64,000 nt of DNA from Cyanobacteriota bacterium (GTDB lineage: Bacteria > Cyanobacteriota > Cyanobacteriia > Thermostichales > Thermostichaceae), in contig JANRIL010000038.1 of NCBI GenBank assembly GCA_033764955.1, positions 96,001-160,000 of the forward strand. Direction: 5' to 3'. Below the pieces are notes generated by a model that did no database searches, had not been told where the DNA came from, and saw nothing but the letters and a program-made list of their open reading frames with translations. The position numbers and the translations under genes are program-made. Positions within the stretch are counted from its first letter, which is position 1. Every line of letters starts with the position of its first letter. This document shows positions 40,713 through 50,188 of the stretch, one piece after another.

Positions 40713-41390
40713 ATGCGGATCCTGTTGGTAGAAGATGACCCTGATCTCGCTCATGCCCTAAAAGCAGCCCTGACGGATGCAGGCTATGTGGTGGATCTGA
40801 CCCTGGATGGAGAAGCAGCCTGGATCCTGCTGAGTGAGGATCCCATGGCCTATAACGTGGCCATTGTGGATTGGATGTTGCCAGGGATCCCAGGATTAGA
40901 TCTGTGCCGCCAACTGAGAGGAAAAGGGATCCCGTTACCCATTTTGATGCTGACGGCCAAAGATCACATGCAAGACAAAGTGACAGGATTAGATGCCGGA
41001 GCCGATGATTACCTGATCAAGCCTTTTGATTTGCCAGAATTATTAGCCAGACTGAGAGCGCTACTGCGTCGCCCATTGCCCATGCAGCCGCGTGTTTGGC
41101 AGGTGGGAAATCTGATCCTCAACTACGACACCTACACGGTGCAGTATCACGATCACATCGCCAGCCTGACTCAAAAAGAATGTCAACTGTTGGAATACTT
41201 TATGCAACATCCCAACCAAGTTTTGACCAGTGAACAGATCCGGCGACGGCTGTGGGAAACGGGAGAGTCCCCAGTCAGTAATATTGTGGCGGCCCAGGTG
41301 AGACTCCTACGGCGGAAGTTGGGATCTGGATCAGAGACCCCCATTGAAACGGTGTTTGGCGTGGGCTATCGCCTACGGATCGATCCATGA
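40713..41390 (+). CDS. OmpR-family response regulator (RppA/NrsR-like)
   Basis: MRILLVEDD, DWMLP, LTAKD, GADDYLIKPF, IETVFGVGY. Confidence 0.9.
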   Translation: MRILLVEDDPDLAHALKAALTDAGYVVDLTLDGEAAWILLSEDPMAYNVAIVDWMLPGIPGLDLCRQLRGKGIPLPILMLTAKDHMQDKVTGLDAGADDYLIKPFDLPELLARLRALLRRPLPMQPRVWQVGNLILNYDTYTVQYHDHIASLTQKECQLLEYFMQHPNQVLTSEQIRRRLWETGESPVSNIVAAQVRLLRRKLGSGSETPIETVFGVGYRLRIDP

Positions 41391-42697
41391 AAACCCAACG
41401 CCTGTTTCACCAAACGCGCTGGCGGTTGACCTGTTGGTATGCAGGCGTGATGGGAGCCACCGTTTTGGCGGGGGGAATCCTGCTCTATCACTGTTTAGCC
41501 ATAACCGAGCGCTGGTGGTTTGACCGTACCGTGGCGGATCTGGCGGGCACCCTGCACGATTATTTGCAGCCCAAACTGGATCAGCCTGGAGAACTGGATC
41601 CCGACGTGGCGGCAATTTTGTTGGGAACCGAGGCGCACAATGACAACTTGATCGGCGTGACACGACTGCGCCACTATTACGTGCGCGTGTTGGATCCGCA
41701 GGGTCAGATCGTTTTGAAATCATCGTTTCAACCCGAAGGGATCCCGGCATCGGCTTCCCCAGAACGTTGGCAAACCTTTACTGCCGCCGAAGGCACGCGC
41801 TACCGCCAGATTGATGATTACCTGCATACGCGCTCTGGGCAGATCTGGGGCTATCTCCAACTGGGGCGTTCCCTGGCCGAGTCGGATGAGCATTTACGGC
41901 AGTTGATCGGGATCCTGTTCCTCAGTACGCCACTGGCGATGGGTGGGGTGGCCATCGTGGGATGGTGGTTGGCAGGGGTTGCCATGCAACCGATACGGCG
42001 GTCTTATCACCAGATGCAACAATTCACGGCGGATGCCGCCCATGAGTTACGCACCCCTCTGGCCACCAGCCGTACCCTCACCCAAAATGCCCTTAAGGCT
42101 TGTGAACAGGGGAAATCAATGGCACCAGAAACGCTCCACGGGCTGCTGCGCCAAAACGAACGGCTCACCCATCTGGTGACGGATCTACTCCTGTTGTCCC
42201 GCCTGGATCAAGCTAGCCCGCAGCGGGGTTGTGACCAGCGTTGTTGCCTGAATGACATCCTCGCCGATCTCCAGGAAGAGCTTGCGCCTTTGGCTCTGGA
42301 GCATCAGATCTCGCTGACAATGGAGTTACCCAAAAGCCCTGTGCATACGAAAGGAGACGAAGATCAGCTTTACCGCCTCTTCCTGAACCTGATCAGCAAT
42401 GGCATCCTCTACACGCCAGCGGGGGGGCAGGTGAACGTCACATTACAGACGGTTCCACACCATGCCGTGATTCAGGTCGAGGATACGGGCATCGGGATCC
42501 CGCCGGAAAAACTCCCCTATCTGTTTAACCGCTTCTATCGGGTGGATCAAGCACGGGCACGACACACTGGCGGCACAGGTTTGGGACTGTCCATTGCCCA
42601 AGCCATTGCCCAGGCCCATCGGGGTGAAATCTGGGTGCAGAGTCAACTTGGACAGGGCAGTACCTTTCGGGTGACGCTACCCACAATCGCCATCTAG
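41387..42697 (+). CDS. Sensor histidine kinase (RppB/NrsS-like)
   Basis: LF..TRWRL..WY; LAGTLHD; FTADAAHELRTP; N, G1, F and G2 boxes. Confidence 0.9.
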   Translation: MKTQRLFHQTRWRLTCWYAGVMGATVLAGGILLYHCLAITERWWFDRTVADLAGTLHDYLQPKLDQPGELDPDVAAILLGTEAHNDNLIGVTRLRHYYVRVLDPQGQIVLKSSFQPEGIPASASPERWQTFTAAEGTRYRQIDDYLHTRSGQIWGYLQLGRSLAESDEHLRQLIGILFLSTPLAMGGVAIVGWWLAGVAMQPIRRSYHQMQQFTADAAHELRTPLATSRTLTQNALKACEQGKSMAPETLHGLLRQNERLTHLVTDLLLLSRLDQASPQRGCDQRCCLNDILADLQEELAPLALEHQISLTMELPKSPVHTKGDEDQLYRLFLNLISNGILYTPAGGQVNVTLQTVPHHAVIQVEDTGIGIPPEKLPYLFNRFYRVDQARARHTGGTGLGLSIAQAIAQAHRGEIWVQSQLGQGSTFRVTLPTIAI

Positions 42698-42846
42698 CAC
42701 GACAACAGCATTGGCGTTGTCAGGATTATGGACAGCAGGGATCCCTGAGTGACAGCAAGATAGGGATCCGGATCCCTTGACCCTGGATACCGGTTGGTGG
42801 GACAACCAAAGAAAGGAAAGTCCTTTGTCGTCCATTAAGGTAATCC

Positions 42847-43491
42847 ATGCAAGCTCAGCCCTCTTCCCTTTCGTTTCCCCCTTTGTTTCAGGTTTTAGTT
42901 CCCCAGCAACACCTTTATCGCCATCTGCTGCTGATTGTAGCGGGTAGCTTATTTGTGGCAGTGATGGCTCAGATTGCCATTCCTTTGCCCTTCACGCCCG
43001 TACCAATTACTGGGCAGACCTTAGGCGTCTTGCTGGTGGGATCCACCTTGGGCTGGCGGCTGGGCTTTTTGGCGTTGCTCACCTATTTGGTGGAGGGAGC
43101 CTGTGGCCTGCCCTTTTTCTCCGCTGGAGGATCGGGTCTAGAGCGGATTTGGGGGCCAACAGGCGGATATCTGCTGTCTTTCCCGTTGACGGCGGCTTTG
43201 ATTGGCTATCTGGTTGAACGATTCGGTTCCGATCGCAACTTTTTGAAGATGGTGGGATCCATGGCACTTTGCAGCTTAGTCACCTTCACCCTGGGTGCAA
43301 CCTGGTTGGGAGTTTGGTTGGCTGGATTGGGCAAATTTGCTGGAGTCTGGGATGTCTTGGGCAAGGGGGTCTTTCCTTTTATTCCGGGAGATATAGTCAA
43401 AATGAGCATTGCCTCCAGTTTGTTGCCCATCACCTGGCGTTGGGTGAATCGCCCCACTCCACAGACAACTCCCCAGGATCCCGAAGACTAA
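42847..43491 (+). CDS. bioY: Biotin transporter BioY (paralog 2)
   Basis: PLPFTPVPITGQT; GLPFFS.G; GPTGGYL; PFIPGD. Confidence 0.9.
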   Translation: MQAQPSSLSFPPLFQVLVPQQHLYRHLLLIVAGSLFVAVMAQIAIPLPFTPVPITGQTLGVLLVGSTLGWRLGFLALLTYLVEGACGLPFFSAGGSGLERIWGPTGGYLLSFPLTAALIGYLVERFGSDRNFLKMVGSMALCSLVTFTLGATWLGVWLAGLGKFAGVWDVLGKGVFPFIPGDIVKMSIASSLLPITWRWVNRPTPQTTPQDPED

Positions 43492-43732
43492 AGGCATAAG
43501 ATAGCTCTCCATTCAGCGGCCAGGGAAGAGAGAAAATTCTGGGTAGCGGGGCAGACTAGCTCAGCCCAACTCAAGTGGCGGGAATACCAATAGTGGAGGA
43601 AGGGTCTCAGGGTGGTCAAGACTGCCGATGGTGGCATTTATGCAAATCGGGCAAACTCTCTTCAATAAAGCAAATCTGCGTGCCACAAATGGGGCAAAAT
43701 CTCCGCTGTGCGGACGCTGAAGAAGTGTAGTA
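43388..43732 (+). repeat. Direct repeat copy 1 (functional bioY 3' end plus degenerate GFA 3' end)
   Basis: Aligns by eye with 44572-44930, from CAAAATGAGCATTGCCTCCAG to GACGCTGAAGAAG; carries two small deletions relative to copy 2. Confidence 0.92.
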
Positions 43733-43911
43733 AGTAAGGTAACTGGTTGCCAATGCCCCATGTGCCAGAGCCAAAGGAGCTATTAAAATCAGACCATTCT
43801 GGGACTTCATTGAAAAGGCTGAAGGCAATGAAATAATTAACAAATAAGGTGCTTCAGACACTACATATTCGATCTGATAAACTAAAGCCATTGATTGGGC
43901 TAAGTTGATCT

Positions 43912-44538
43912 ATGACCCTTGCCATCGACCCACCAATACAACAGAAGGCACTGAGCCTTGCCGAGTTTATCAACCATTATCGTGACGATAATCGCTACGA
44001 ACTCGTTGATGGAGAGGTATTCGACTTGGAACCAACAGGCTTGCATGAAGAAGTTGCAGCCTTCATCACTACAAAAATCTGTGTGCAGATCGACTGCGCT
44101 GGCTTGCCTTGGTTTGTTCTTCAGCGAGGACTATTACGCCCTTCTAACAAGGTGATGACAGCATTTCGACCTGATATTGTTGTTGTCAATAGAAATGAGC
44201 TTACTAAAGAACTGCTTTGGTCTGACCAGTCGATTTTGACTCTGGGTAGTTCGATTCAATTGGTGGTAGAAGTTGTGAGTGGCAACTGGCAAAATGATTA
44301 TGCTCGCAAGGTTGAGGACTACGCGGCTTTAGGCATCCCCGAATATTGGATTGTAGACTACGCAGGATTGGGGGGTACTCGACATATTGGAAAACCTAAA
44401 CAACCTACCCTTTCTGTCTGTATATTAATAGATGGGGAATATGAAATCCAGCAATTTCGAGGCAGTCAAACTATCCTCTCTCCAACCTTCTCAGAGTTGA
44501 AACTAAGGGCTGAACAGGTCTTGAAAGCTGGTTGTTAG
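43912..44538 (+). CDS. Uma2 (DUF820) PD-(D/E)xK family endonuclease
   Basis: YELVDG; RPDI; LVVEVVS..W.NDY..K..DY..LGIPEYWIVD. Confidence 0.92.
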   Translation: MTLAIDPPIQQKALSLAEFINHYRDDNRYELVDGEVFDLEPTGLHEEVAAFITTKICVQIDCAGLPWFVLQRGLLRPSNKVMTAFRPDIVVVNRNELTKELLWSDQSILTLGSSIQLVVEVVSGNWQNDYARKVEDYAALGIPEYWIVDYAGLGGTRHIGKPKQPTLSVCILIDGEYEIQQFRGSQTILSPTFSELKLRAEQVLKAGC

Positions 44539-44571
44539 CCCTCACCACATCACAATTCAAAACAATTTAAA

Positions 44572-44930
44572 GAGATATGCGCAAAATGAGCATTGCCTCC
44601 AGTTTGTTGCCCATCACCTGGCGTTGGGTGAATCGCCCCACTCCACAGACAGCTCCCCAGGATCCCGAAAACTAAAGGCGCAAGATAGCTCTCCATTCAT
44701 TGGTCGGGGAAAGGAGGAAATTCTGGGTAGCGGGGCAGACTATCCCCTAGCTCAGCCCAACTCAGGTGGCGGGAATACCAATAGTGCAGGGTGGGAGGAA
44801 GCGTATCCGGGTGGTCAAGGCTGCCGATGGCGATATCTATCAAATCGGGCAAACTCTCTTCAATAAAGCAAATCTGTGTGCCACAGATGGGGCAAAATCC
44901 CCGCTGTGCCGACGCTGAAGAAGCATAGTA
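44572..44930 (+). repeat. Direct repeat copy 2 (orphan bioY 3' end plus intact GFA 3' end)
   Basis: Homologous to 43388-43732. Confidence 0.92.
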
Positions 44931-45149
44931 GCTAGGACTCGATCGTGGAAAGACTACTTGGGATTGAGAAAACATCGCCCAAGCCACGAGGGGAGCGGCA
45001 TGTGCCCGCCGACACATCGAGCAGTGACAGATAGCCGCCAGGAGAGGATCCCCCTCAATCTGGTAGCGGATATGCCCGCATAGACATCCTCCCTGCCATT
45101 GGCGAGTCTGAGGAGAGGTAGTTATGGAGGGAAGCTGAAGAGAAATCAT
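44697..45149 (-). CDS. GFA (glutathione-dependent formaldehyde-activating / CENP-V) family protein
   Basis: GGCLCG..RY; CHCSMCRR; FCPICGT. Confidence 0.9.
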   Translation of the reverse strand: MISLQLPSITTSPQTRQWQGGCLCGHIRYQIEGDPLLAAICHCSMCRRAHAAPLVAWAMFSQSQVVFPRSSPSYYASSASAQRGFCPICGTQICFIEESLPDLIDIAIGSLDHPDTLPPTLHYWYSRHLSWAELGDSLPRYPEFPPFPDQ

Positions 45150-45182
45150 CGGTTGTCTCGGAAAAATAGGGTTAGGTTGAGG

Positions 45183-46007
45183 TTAGTTTTTATCCACGGG
45201 CACTTGCACTTCGGTGACAAAATGGTTGGGATCCTCGGCAGGATCGTAATGCAGATAAACCTCGCGGGTGGAGCCGCTAATCGAGTAGCCATTCTGCTCA
45301 ATCCAGGTCATCAGAGCTTGGTAGGCTTGCCCCAATCCGGCAAAGGATCCCTGATGGACAACGCAGGCCATACTTTCTACGGCAGGTAGTTGATAAATAT
45401 GTACTTGTTCGTTGGCTGGGATCCTGTCTGGTAAAGGGATGGCGGCTTCCACAGGAATATCGTGATCCCGTAGTTTTGTATCGTGATAAATCGAGAGACC
45501 TGGGCTAACAGGCACGACATTTTGCTGCTTCAGATAGTCATAAACCTGGGTAAACATCTGCTCAAAGATTGGACCACACTCCTCATAGTTGGGAATGATA
45601 GAGAGGGTGGCCGCCACCCATTGGGCAGACGCCGACTTGAGGATGACATCATAGGTGGGCATGGCTTTCTCCTGTTCAATTTCGTAGAGACGGTGTTGGA
45701 TTTGGATCAGGCGCAGATGGTCCTGCTGGATGCGTTGACTTAGCTCAGCCTGCTTCAGCCGCAACATGGCTTGCATTTGTTCGAGAGTGAGATGTTCATC
45801 CAGAAGTTGAGTAATTTGGTCAAGAGAAAATCCCAATTCTTTGAGAACTAAGATGCGATTGAGGCGAGGCAGTTGACTGGCGGAATAGTAGCGGTAGCCC
45901 GTCGCTGCATCCACCTGGGCAGGTTTGAGCAAATCCATCCGGTCGTAAAGCCGTAGGGCTTTGCTGGAAACACGACTCAGTTGAGCAAAATCGCTGATCT
46001 TAAGCAT
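45183..46007 (-). CDS. MerR-family regulator with GyrI-like effector domain (BmrR-like)
   Basis: KISDFA..S..ALRLYD...TGYRYY; HQGSF..L..AY..L..WIE.NGY...REVYL. Confidence 0.92.
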   Translation of the reverse strand: MLKISDFAQLSRVSSKALRLYDRMDLLKPAQVDAATGYRYYSASQLPRLNRILVLKELGFSLDQITQLLDEHLTLEQMQAMLRLKQAELSQRIQQDHLRLIQIQHRLYEIEQEKAMPTYDVILKSASAQWVAATLSIIPNYEECGPIFEQMFTQVYDYLKQQNVVPVSPGLSIYHDTKLRDHDIPVEAAIPLPDRIPANEQVHIYQLPAVESMACVVHQGSFAGLGQAYQALMTWIEQNGYSISGSTREVYLHYDPAEDPNHFVTEVQVPVDKN

Positions 46008-46030
46008 GACCGTTGTTCCTGACTGCTTTG

Positions 46031-46061
46031 AGTGAAGCCTTTCCCCTTAGGGCAAAGTCAA
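46031..46061 (-). promoter_or_regulatory. MerR-type promoter/operator for the merR-GFA operon
   Basis: Minus strand: TTGACT, 19-bp spacer, weak -10 TTCACT; dyad CTTTGCCCT-A-AGGGGAAAG across the spacer. Confidence 0.65.
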
Positions 46062-46156
46062 GGGGGATCCCAAAAAATTGGGGTCGATCCCTCTTGCCCA
46101 GGCACCCCTTCCCACCCTAGGCTGGATCCCGCAGAAGCCCCCCTAATGGTTCCTCT

Positions 46157-47539
46157 ATGGTCAATGGCGTCAACGGGTCTCTGGATATTCTTGCGGAGCT
46201 TCTGGCAGGCCAGTGGCAGCAGGAAGCTGCTACCCCCACTTTCCATCCCCAACAATCGTTTGTCGGCATCAGCACCGACAGCCGCCGCATCCAACCAGGG
46301 CATCTCTTTGTGGCTCTGCGGGGAGAAAACTTTGATGGACATGATTTTGTGGCGGAGGCTAGACAAAAAGGGGCGATAGCGGTGATTGCTGACCGCCCAG
46401 TCACAGGCTCCTATTTGCAGGTGGCCGACACCCTCACTGCCTATCAACAATTAGGTCAATGGTGGCGGCGGCAGTTTCAGATTCCTGTGATTGCGATTAC
46501 TGGATCAGCAGGAAAAACCACAACCAAAGATATGCTAGCGGCAGCTCTGGCTGGTTATGGAAATGTCCTGAAAAGTCCTGCCAATCACAACAATGACATT
46601 GGTTTGACCCAAACGCTGTTGGATCTCACCCCTCAACATGATTATGCCGTGGTGGAATTGGCAATGCGGGGATCCGGTGAGATCGGTCGGCTCACACGGG
46701 TGGCGCAGCCGACCCATGCCCTGATTACCAACATCGGAACTGCCCACATCGGTCGATTGGGATCCCGGCAGGCCATCGCCCAGGCCAAATGCGAATTACT
46801 GGGGGAGATGACAGCGGGGGTAGCTATTTTGAATGGGGAGGATGATTTGCTCTTGAGGACAGCTAGCCAAGTGTGGCGAGGAGAAACTCTCACCTACGGG
46901 CTAGAGCGGGGGGGGATGCAGGGGGAGTGGGATCCCTTCACGCAGTCGGTCGTTGTGGAAGGAGTTCGGATGCCAGTTCCTCTGGCCGGACGGCATCATG
47001 CCCTAAATTGGATGGCAGTGCTGGCCAGCCTGCGGGTCTTGGGCTTGCCGTGGCAGGAGTTGAGCCATCAACCCATTCCTTGGCAAGCGGATCGGGGGCG
47101 GAATCACTATCTGAGCCTAGCCGGAGATGTTGGCCTCTTGGATGAAACCTATAACGCTGCACCGGAAGCTATGATCGCCGCTCTCCATGCCCTCAAACAA
47201 ACCCCCGGAACTCGCCACTGGGCCATTTTGGGGGGAATGCGGGAGTTAGGGGATTTTGCCGATGAACTGTATGCCCAGGTGGGAGCAACCGCGGCTCAGT
47301 TAGGGCTGTACCGCGTTTTGTTGTGGGATCCCGACCAGGAGATGGCGGCGCTAGCCCAGCAGCTACCTAGTCCTACCCTCCAGGTGTTCCGAGAGGCTGC
47401 TCCCCTGATCACCACCCTCCATCAAGAGGTGCAAGCCGGAGATCGCCTGTTGTTCAAGGCAGCCCGCGCCGTGCAACTAGAAACCATCATGCAGGCTTTT
47501 CTGACGGGATGGGATCCGATAGCCCTTCCTCCCCTTTAG
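46157..47539 (+). CDS. murF: UDP-MurNAc-tripeptide--D-Ala-D-Ala ligase
   Basis: STDSR, GENFDGHDF, ITGSAGKTTTK, NNDIG, ETYNAAP, LGGMRELG. Confidence 0.94.
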   Translation: MVNGVNGSLDILAELLAGQWQQEAATPTFHPQQSFVGISTDSRRIQPGHLFVALRGENFDGHDFVAEARQKGAIAVIADRPVTGSYLQVADTLTAYQQLGQWWRRQFQIPVIAITGSAGKTTTKDMLAAALAGYGNVLKSPANHNNDIGLTQTLLDLTPQHDYAVVELAMRGSGEIGRLTRVAQPTHALITNIGTAHIGRLGSRQAIAQAKCELLGEMTAGVAILNGEDDLLLRTASQVWRGETLTYGLERGGMQGEWDPFTQSVVVEGVRMPVPLAGRHHALNWMAVLASLRVLGLPWQELSHQPIPWQADRGRNHYLSLAGDVGLLDETYNAAPEAMIAALHALKQTPGTRHWAILGGMRELGDFADELYAQVGATAAQLGLYRVLLWDPDQEMAALAQQLPSPTLQVFREAAPLITTLHQEVQAGDRLLFKAARAVQLETIMQAFLTGWDPIALPPL

Positions 47540-48765
47540 CCGGCCAGAGAAGAGAGCGCCGCTTGCAACCGCTGCAAGGCTAGGTTGATCTCAGCTTGGG
47601 AGACAATCAGGGGCGGAACGAATCTGACCACCTCTGGACCGGCTGGCACCAATAACAAGCCCTGTTGAAGAGCTGCTTGCACAACTTCCGCCGCCGGTAT
47701 CCGCACCTTGATGCCTTGAATCAACCCCCAACCCCGCACCTCTCCGATCAAACTGGGGAAAGCTTCCCCTAGTTTGAGCAGTCCTTGCCGCAGGTGTTGC
47801 CCTAGTATGTGGGCATTCCAAATCAGGTGTTCCGATTGCAACGCCCGACAAACCGCCAGCCCTACTGCACAGGCCAACGGATTTCCCCCAAAAGTACTGG
47901 CGTGATCTCCCGGTTGAAACACCGCACAGAAATCCTTGGCCAGGAGCGCGCCAATCGGGATCCCTCCGGCTAGTCCCTTGGCCAGGGTAAACACATCCGG
48001 TTGGATCCCCAGGTGACAATGCCCCCAGATCAAGCCCGTTCGCCCCACCCCCACCTGCACTTCATCCAGCATCAACAAAATCTGCCGTTCATTACAGATT
48101 TGCCGTAACCACTGAAAATAGACTGGATCCCCCGGTAAGACTCCCCCCTCTCCCTGCAAGGGTTCCAGCAAAATGGCCGCCACCTGATCCCCGTACTGCC
48201 GAAGGACGGCCTCCGTTCCTTCCATATCGTTGAAGGGGATGTAGGCAAAGCCAGGAACCAGCGGAGCAAAGTGCTTTTGATATTTGGGTTGTCCGGTAGC
48301 CGTGACGGTGGCGAGGGTGCGCCCATGAAAGCTAGCCTGGGCAGTTAAAATAACTGGATTTTCAATGCCTCGCACCGTATGGGCATATTTTCGCGCCAGT
48401 TTGATCGCCCCTTCGTTGGCTTCTGCCCCAGAGTTACAGAAAAAAACCTTGTCAGCACCGGAGTGCTGGGTTAACCAGGCGGCCAGTTGAGCCTGGGGCT
48501 GATTGAAGTAAAGATTGGAAACGTGGTGCAGGGTTTGTACCTGATCCGTTACCGCTTTCACAAAAGTGGGATGGGCATGTCCAAGGGTACAGGTGGCAAT
48601 CCCCGCTACAAAATCCAGATATTCCCGCCCCTGCTCATCCCAAACCCGACAGCCCTCCCCCCGCACCAATGTCAACGGATAGCGACCATAAGTAGACATA
48701 ACGTGCTGGTCAAATAATTGAGCCGTTGTCAGTGACTCAGCCGCCAGAGAGGTTAGGGTAGACAT
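47536..48765 (-). CDS. argD: Acetylornithine aminotransferase
   Basis: NSGAEANE, SFHGRT, EPLQGEGG, DEVQVGVGRTG, LAKGLAGG. Confidence 0.92.
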   Translation of the reverse strand: MSTLTSLAAESLTTAQLFDQHVMSTYGRYPLTLVRGEGCRVWDEQGREYLDFVAGIATCTLGHAHPTFVKAVTDQVQTLHHVSNLYFNQPQAQLAAWLTQHSGADKVFFCNSGAEANEGAIKLARKYAHTVRGIENPVILTAQASFHGRTLATVTATGQPKYQKHFAPLVPGFAYIPFNDMEGTEAVLRQYGDQVAAILLEPLQGEGGVLPGDPVYFQWLRQICNERQILLMLDEVQVGVGRTGLIWGHCHLGIQPDVFTLAKGLAGGIPIGALLAKDFCAVFQPGDHASTFGGNPLACAVGLAVCRALQSEHLIWNAHILGQHLRQGLLKLGEAFPSLIGEVRGWGLIQGIKVRIPAAEVVQAALQQGLLLVPAGPEVVRFVPPLIVSQAEINLALQRLQAALSSLAG

Positions 48766-48901
48766 AGCAGCAATCCAGAGGGTTAGGGGGAAAAGAAATG
48801 ATTCTCAAGCTTAGCACTTCCCTCCCCAAGCGCAGAAAACTGGATTCAGTCCCAGATTACCAGGGATCCCGATCTCCCCTGGGGGATGGGGAGGAGGGTC
48901 T

Positions 48902-50188
48902 ATGAATATTTTGGTGATCAACACCGGATCCAGCAGTCTGAAGGCAGCCCTCTACGCTTTTGAAGATCAGTTGACTGGGGATCCCTCCATCCCCGCTTGG
49001 CAAGCCCAAGTCGATTGGGGATACCAGCTAGGACAAGCTCAAGTGGAGATCCACCCTTCACACGGATCTAAAGTTCAACATATTTTAGATATTCCCTTAC
49101 CTGAACCGGAGCCCTCTTCCTCAGCTCCCCCTTCAATTCAGTTGACGGAGACCATCCCGCTCATCTTGGCTTTTTTGCTTCAGCCAACCAATTTAGGCAT
49201 CCCAATTCATGGGGTGGGACATCGGGTGGTGCATGGTGGATCCACCTATTCATCAAGTGTGCCAGTCACCCCAGCCGTGGCAGCCGAGATCGAACGCCTC
49301 AGTCAGTTCGCCCCCCTGCACAATCCCGTCAACCTGGCCGCGATCCGTGCCTGCCAGCAGCTCTTGGGCAAAGGGATCCCGCAGATCGCGGTTTTTGATA
49401 CGGCTTTTCATCAGCAGATGCCCCTAGCCGCCAAGCTTTATCCCGTACCGTATTCGTGGTTTGAACAGGGCATTCAGCGCTATGGCTTTCACGGGATTAG
49501 CCATCGCTACTGTGTGGAGCGAACGGCTAGCCTGATGGAAACCAATCTGGATTCCCTCAAGCTGATCATCTGTCATCTGGGCAATGGAGCCTCCTTAGCC
49601 GCGATTACTGACGGTCATAGTGTGGATACGACGATGGGATTTACCCCCCTGGATGGCCTAATGATGGGCACCCGCTCTGGCTCGCTAGATCCAGGTATTC
49701 TGATTCATTGGCAACGGCAGCAGGGGCTGGGGGCGGAGGAGTGGGAGCGGCTGCTCAATCAGGAGTCGGGGCTAAAAGGTATCTCAGGGCTGTCGGCGGA
49801 TATGCGGGTGATTGAGGGGGCGATGGCCGCAGGGAATGCCCGTGCTCACCTGGCTTTTCAGGTCTACCTTCATCGATTGCGGCAACTATTGGGATCCATG
49901 CTAGCTAGCTTGGGGGGGTGCGATGGGTTGGTATTTACCGCAGGCATTGGGGAACACTCCTGGCGGGTACGAGCCGCCGCCTGTCAACCTTTTGGTTTTT
50001 TGGGCTGGCGGGTGGACGATCAGTTAAATAAAGAATCCAGTCAGGGATCTCTTCCTCAGCAGGATCGCAACATCGCTAGCCCCGATTCTCGCATCCCAAT
50101 TTGGGTGATCCACACGCAGGAAAACTGGGCGATCGCTCAGGAGTGCCGGAAGTTTTTGCTCGCTTCAAACCCTAGTTATCCCGTTTAG
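48902..50188 (+). CDS. ackA: Acetate kinase
   Basis: INTGSSSLK, GHRVVHGG, APLHN, RYGFHG, MGTRSG, FTAGIGE. Confidence 0.95.
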   Translation: MNILVINTGSSSLKAALYAFEDQLTGDPSIPAWQAQVDWGYQLGQAQVEIHPSHGSKVQHILDIPLPEPEPSSSAPPSIQLTETIPLILAFLLQPTNLGIPIHGVGHRVVHGGSTYSSSVPVTPAVAAEIERLSQFAPLHNPVNLAAIRACQQLLGKGIPQIAVFDTAFHQQMPLAAKLYPVPYSWFEQGIQRYGFHGISHRYCVERTASLMETNLDSLKLIICHLGNGASLAAITDGHSVDTTMGFTPLDGLMMGTRSGSLDPGILIHWQRQQGLGAEEWERLLNQESGLKGISGLSADMRVIEGAMAAGNARAHLAFQVYLHRLRQLLGSMLASLGGCDGLVFTAGIGEHSWRVRAAACQPFGFLGWRVDDQLNKESSQGSLPQQDRNIASPDSRIPIWVIHTQENWAIAQECRKFLLASNPSYPV

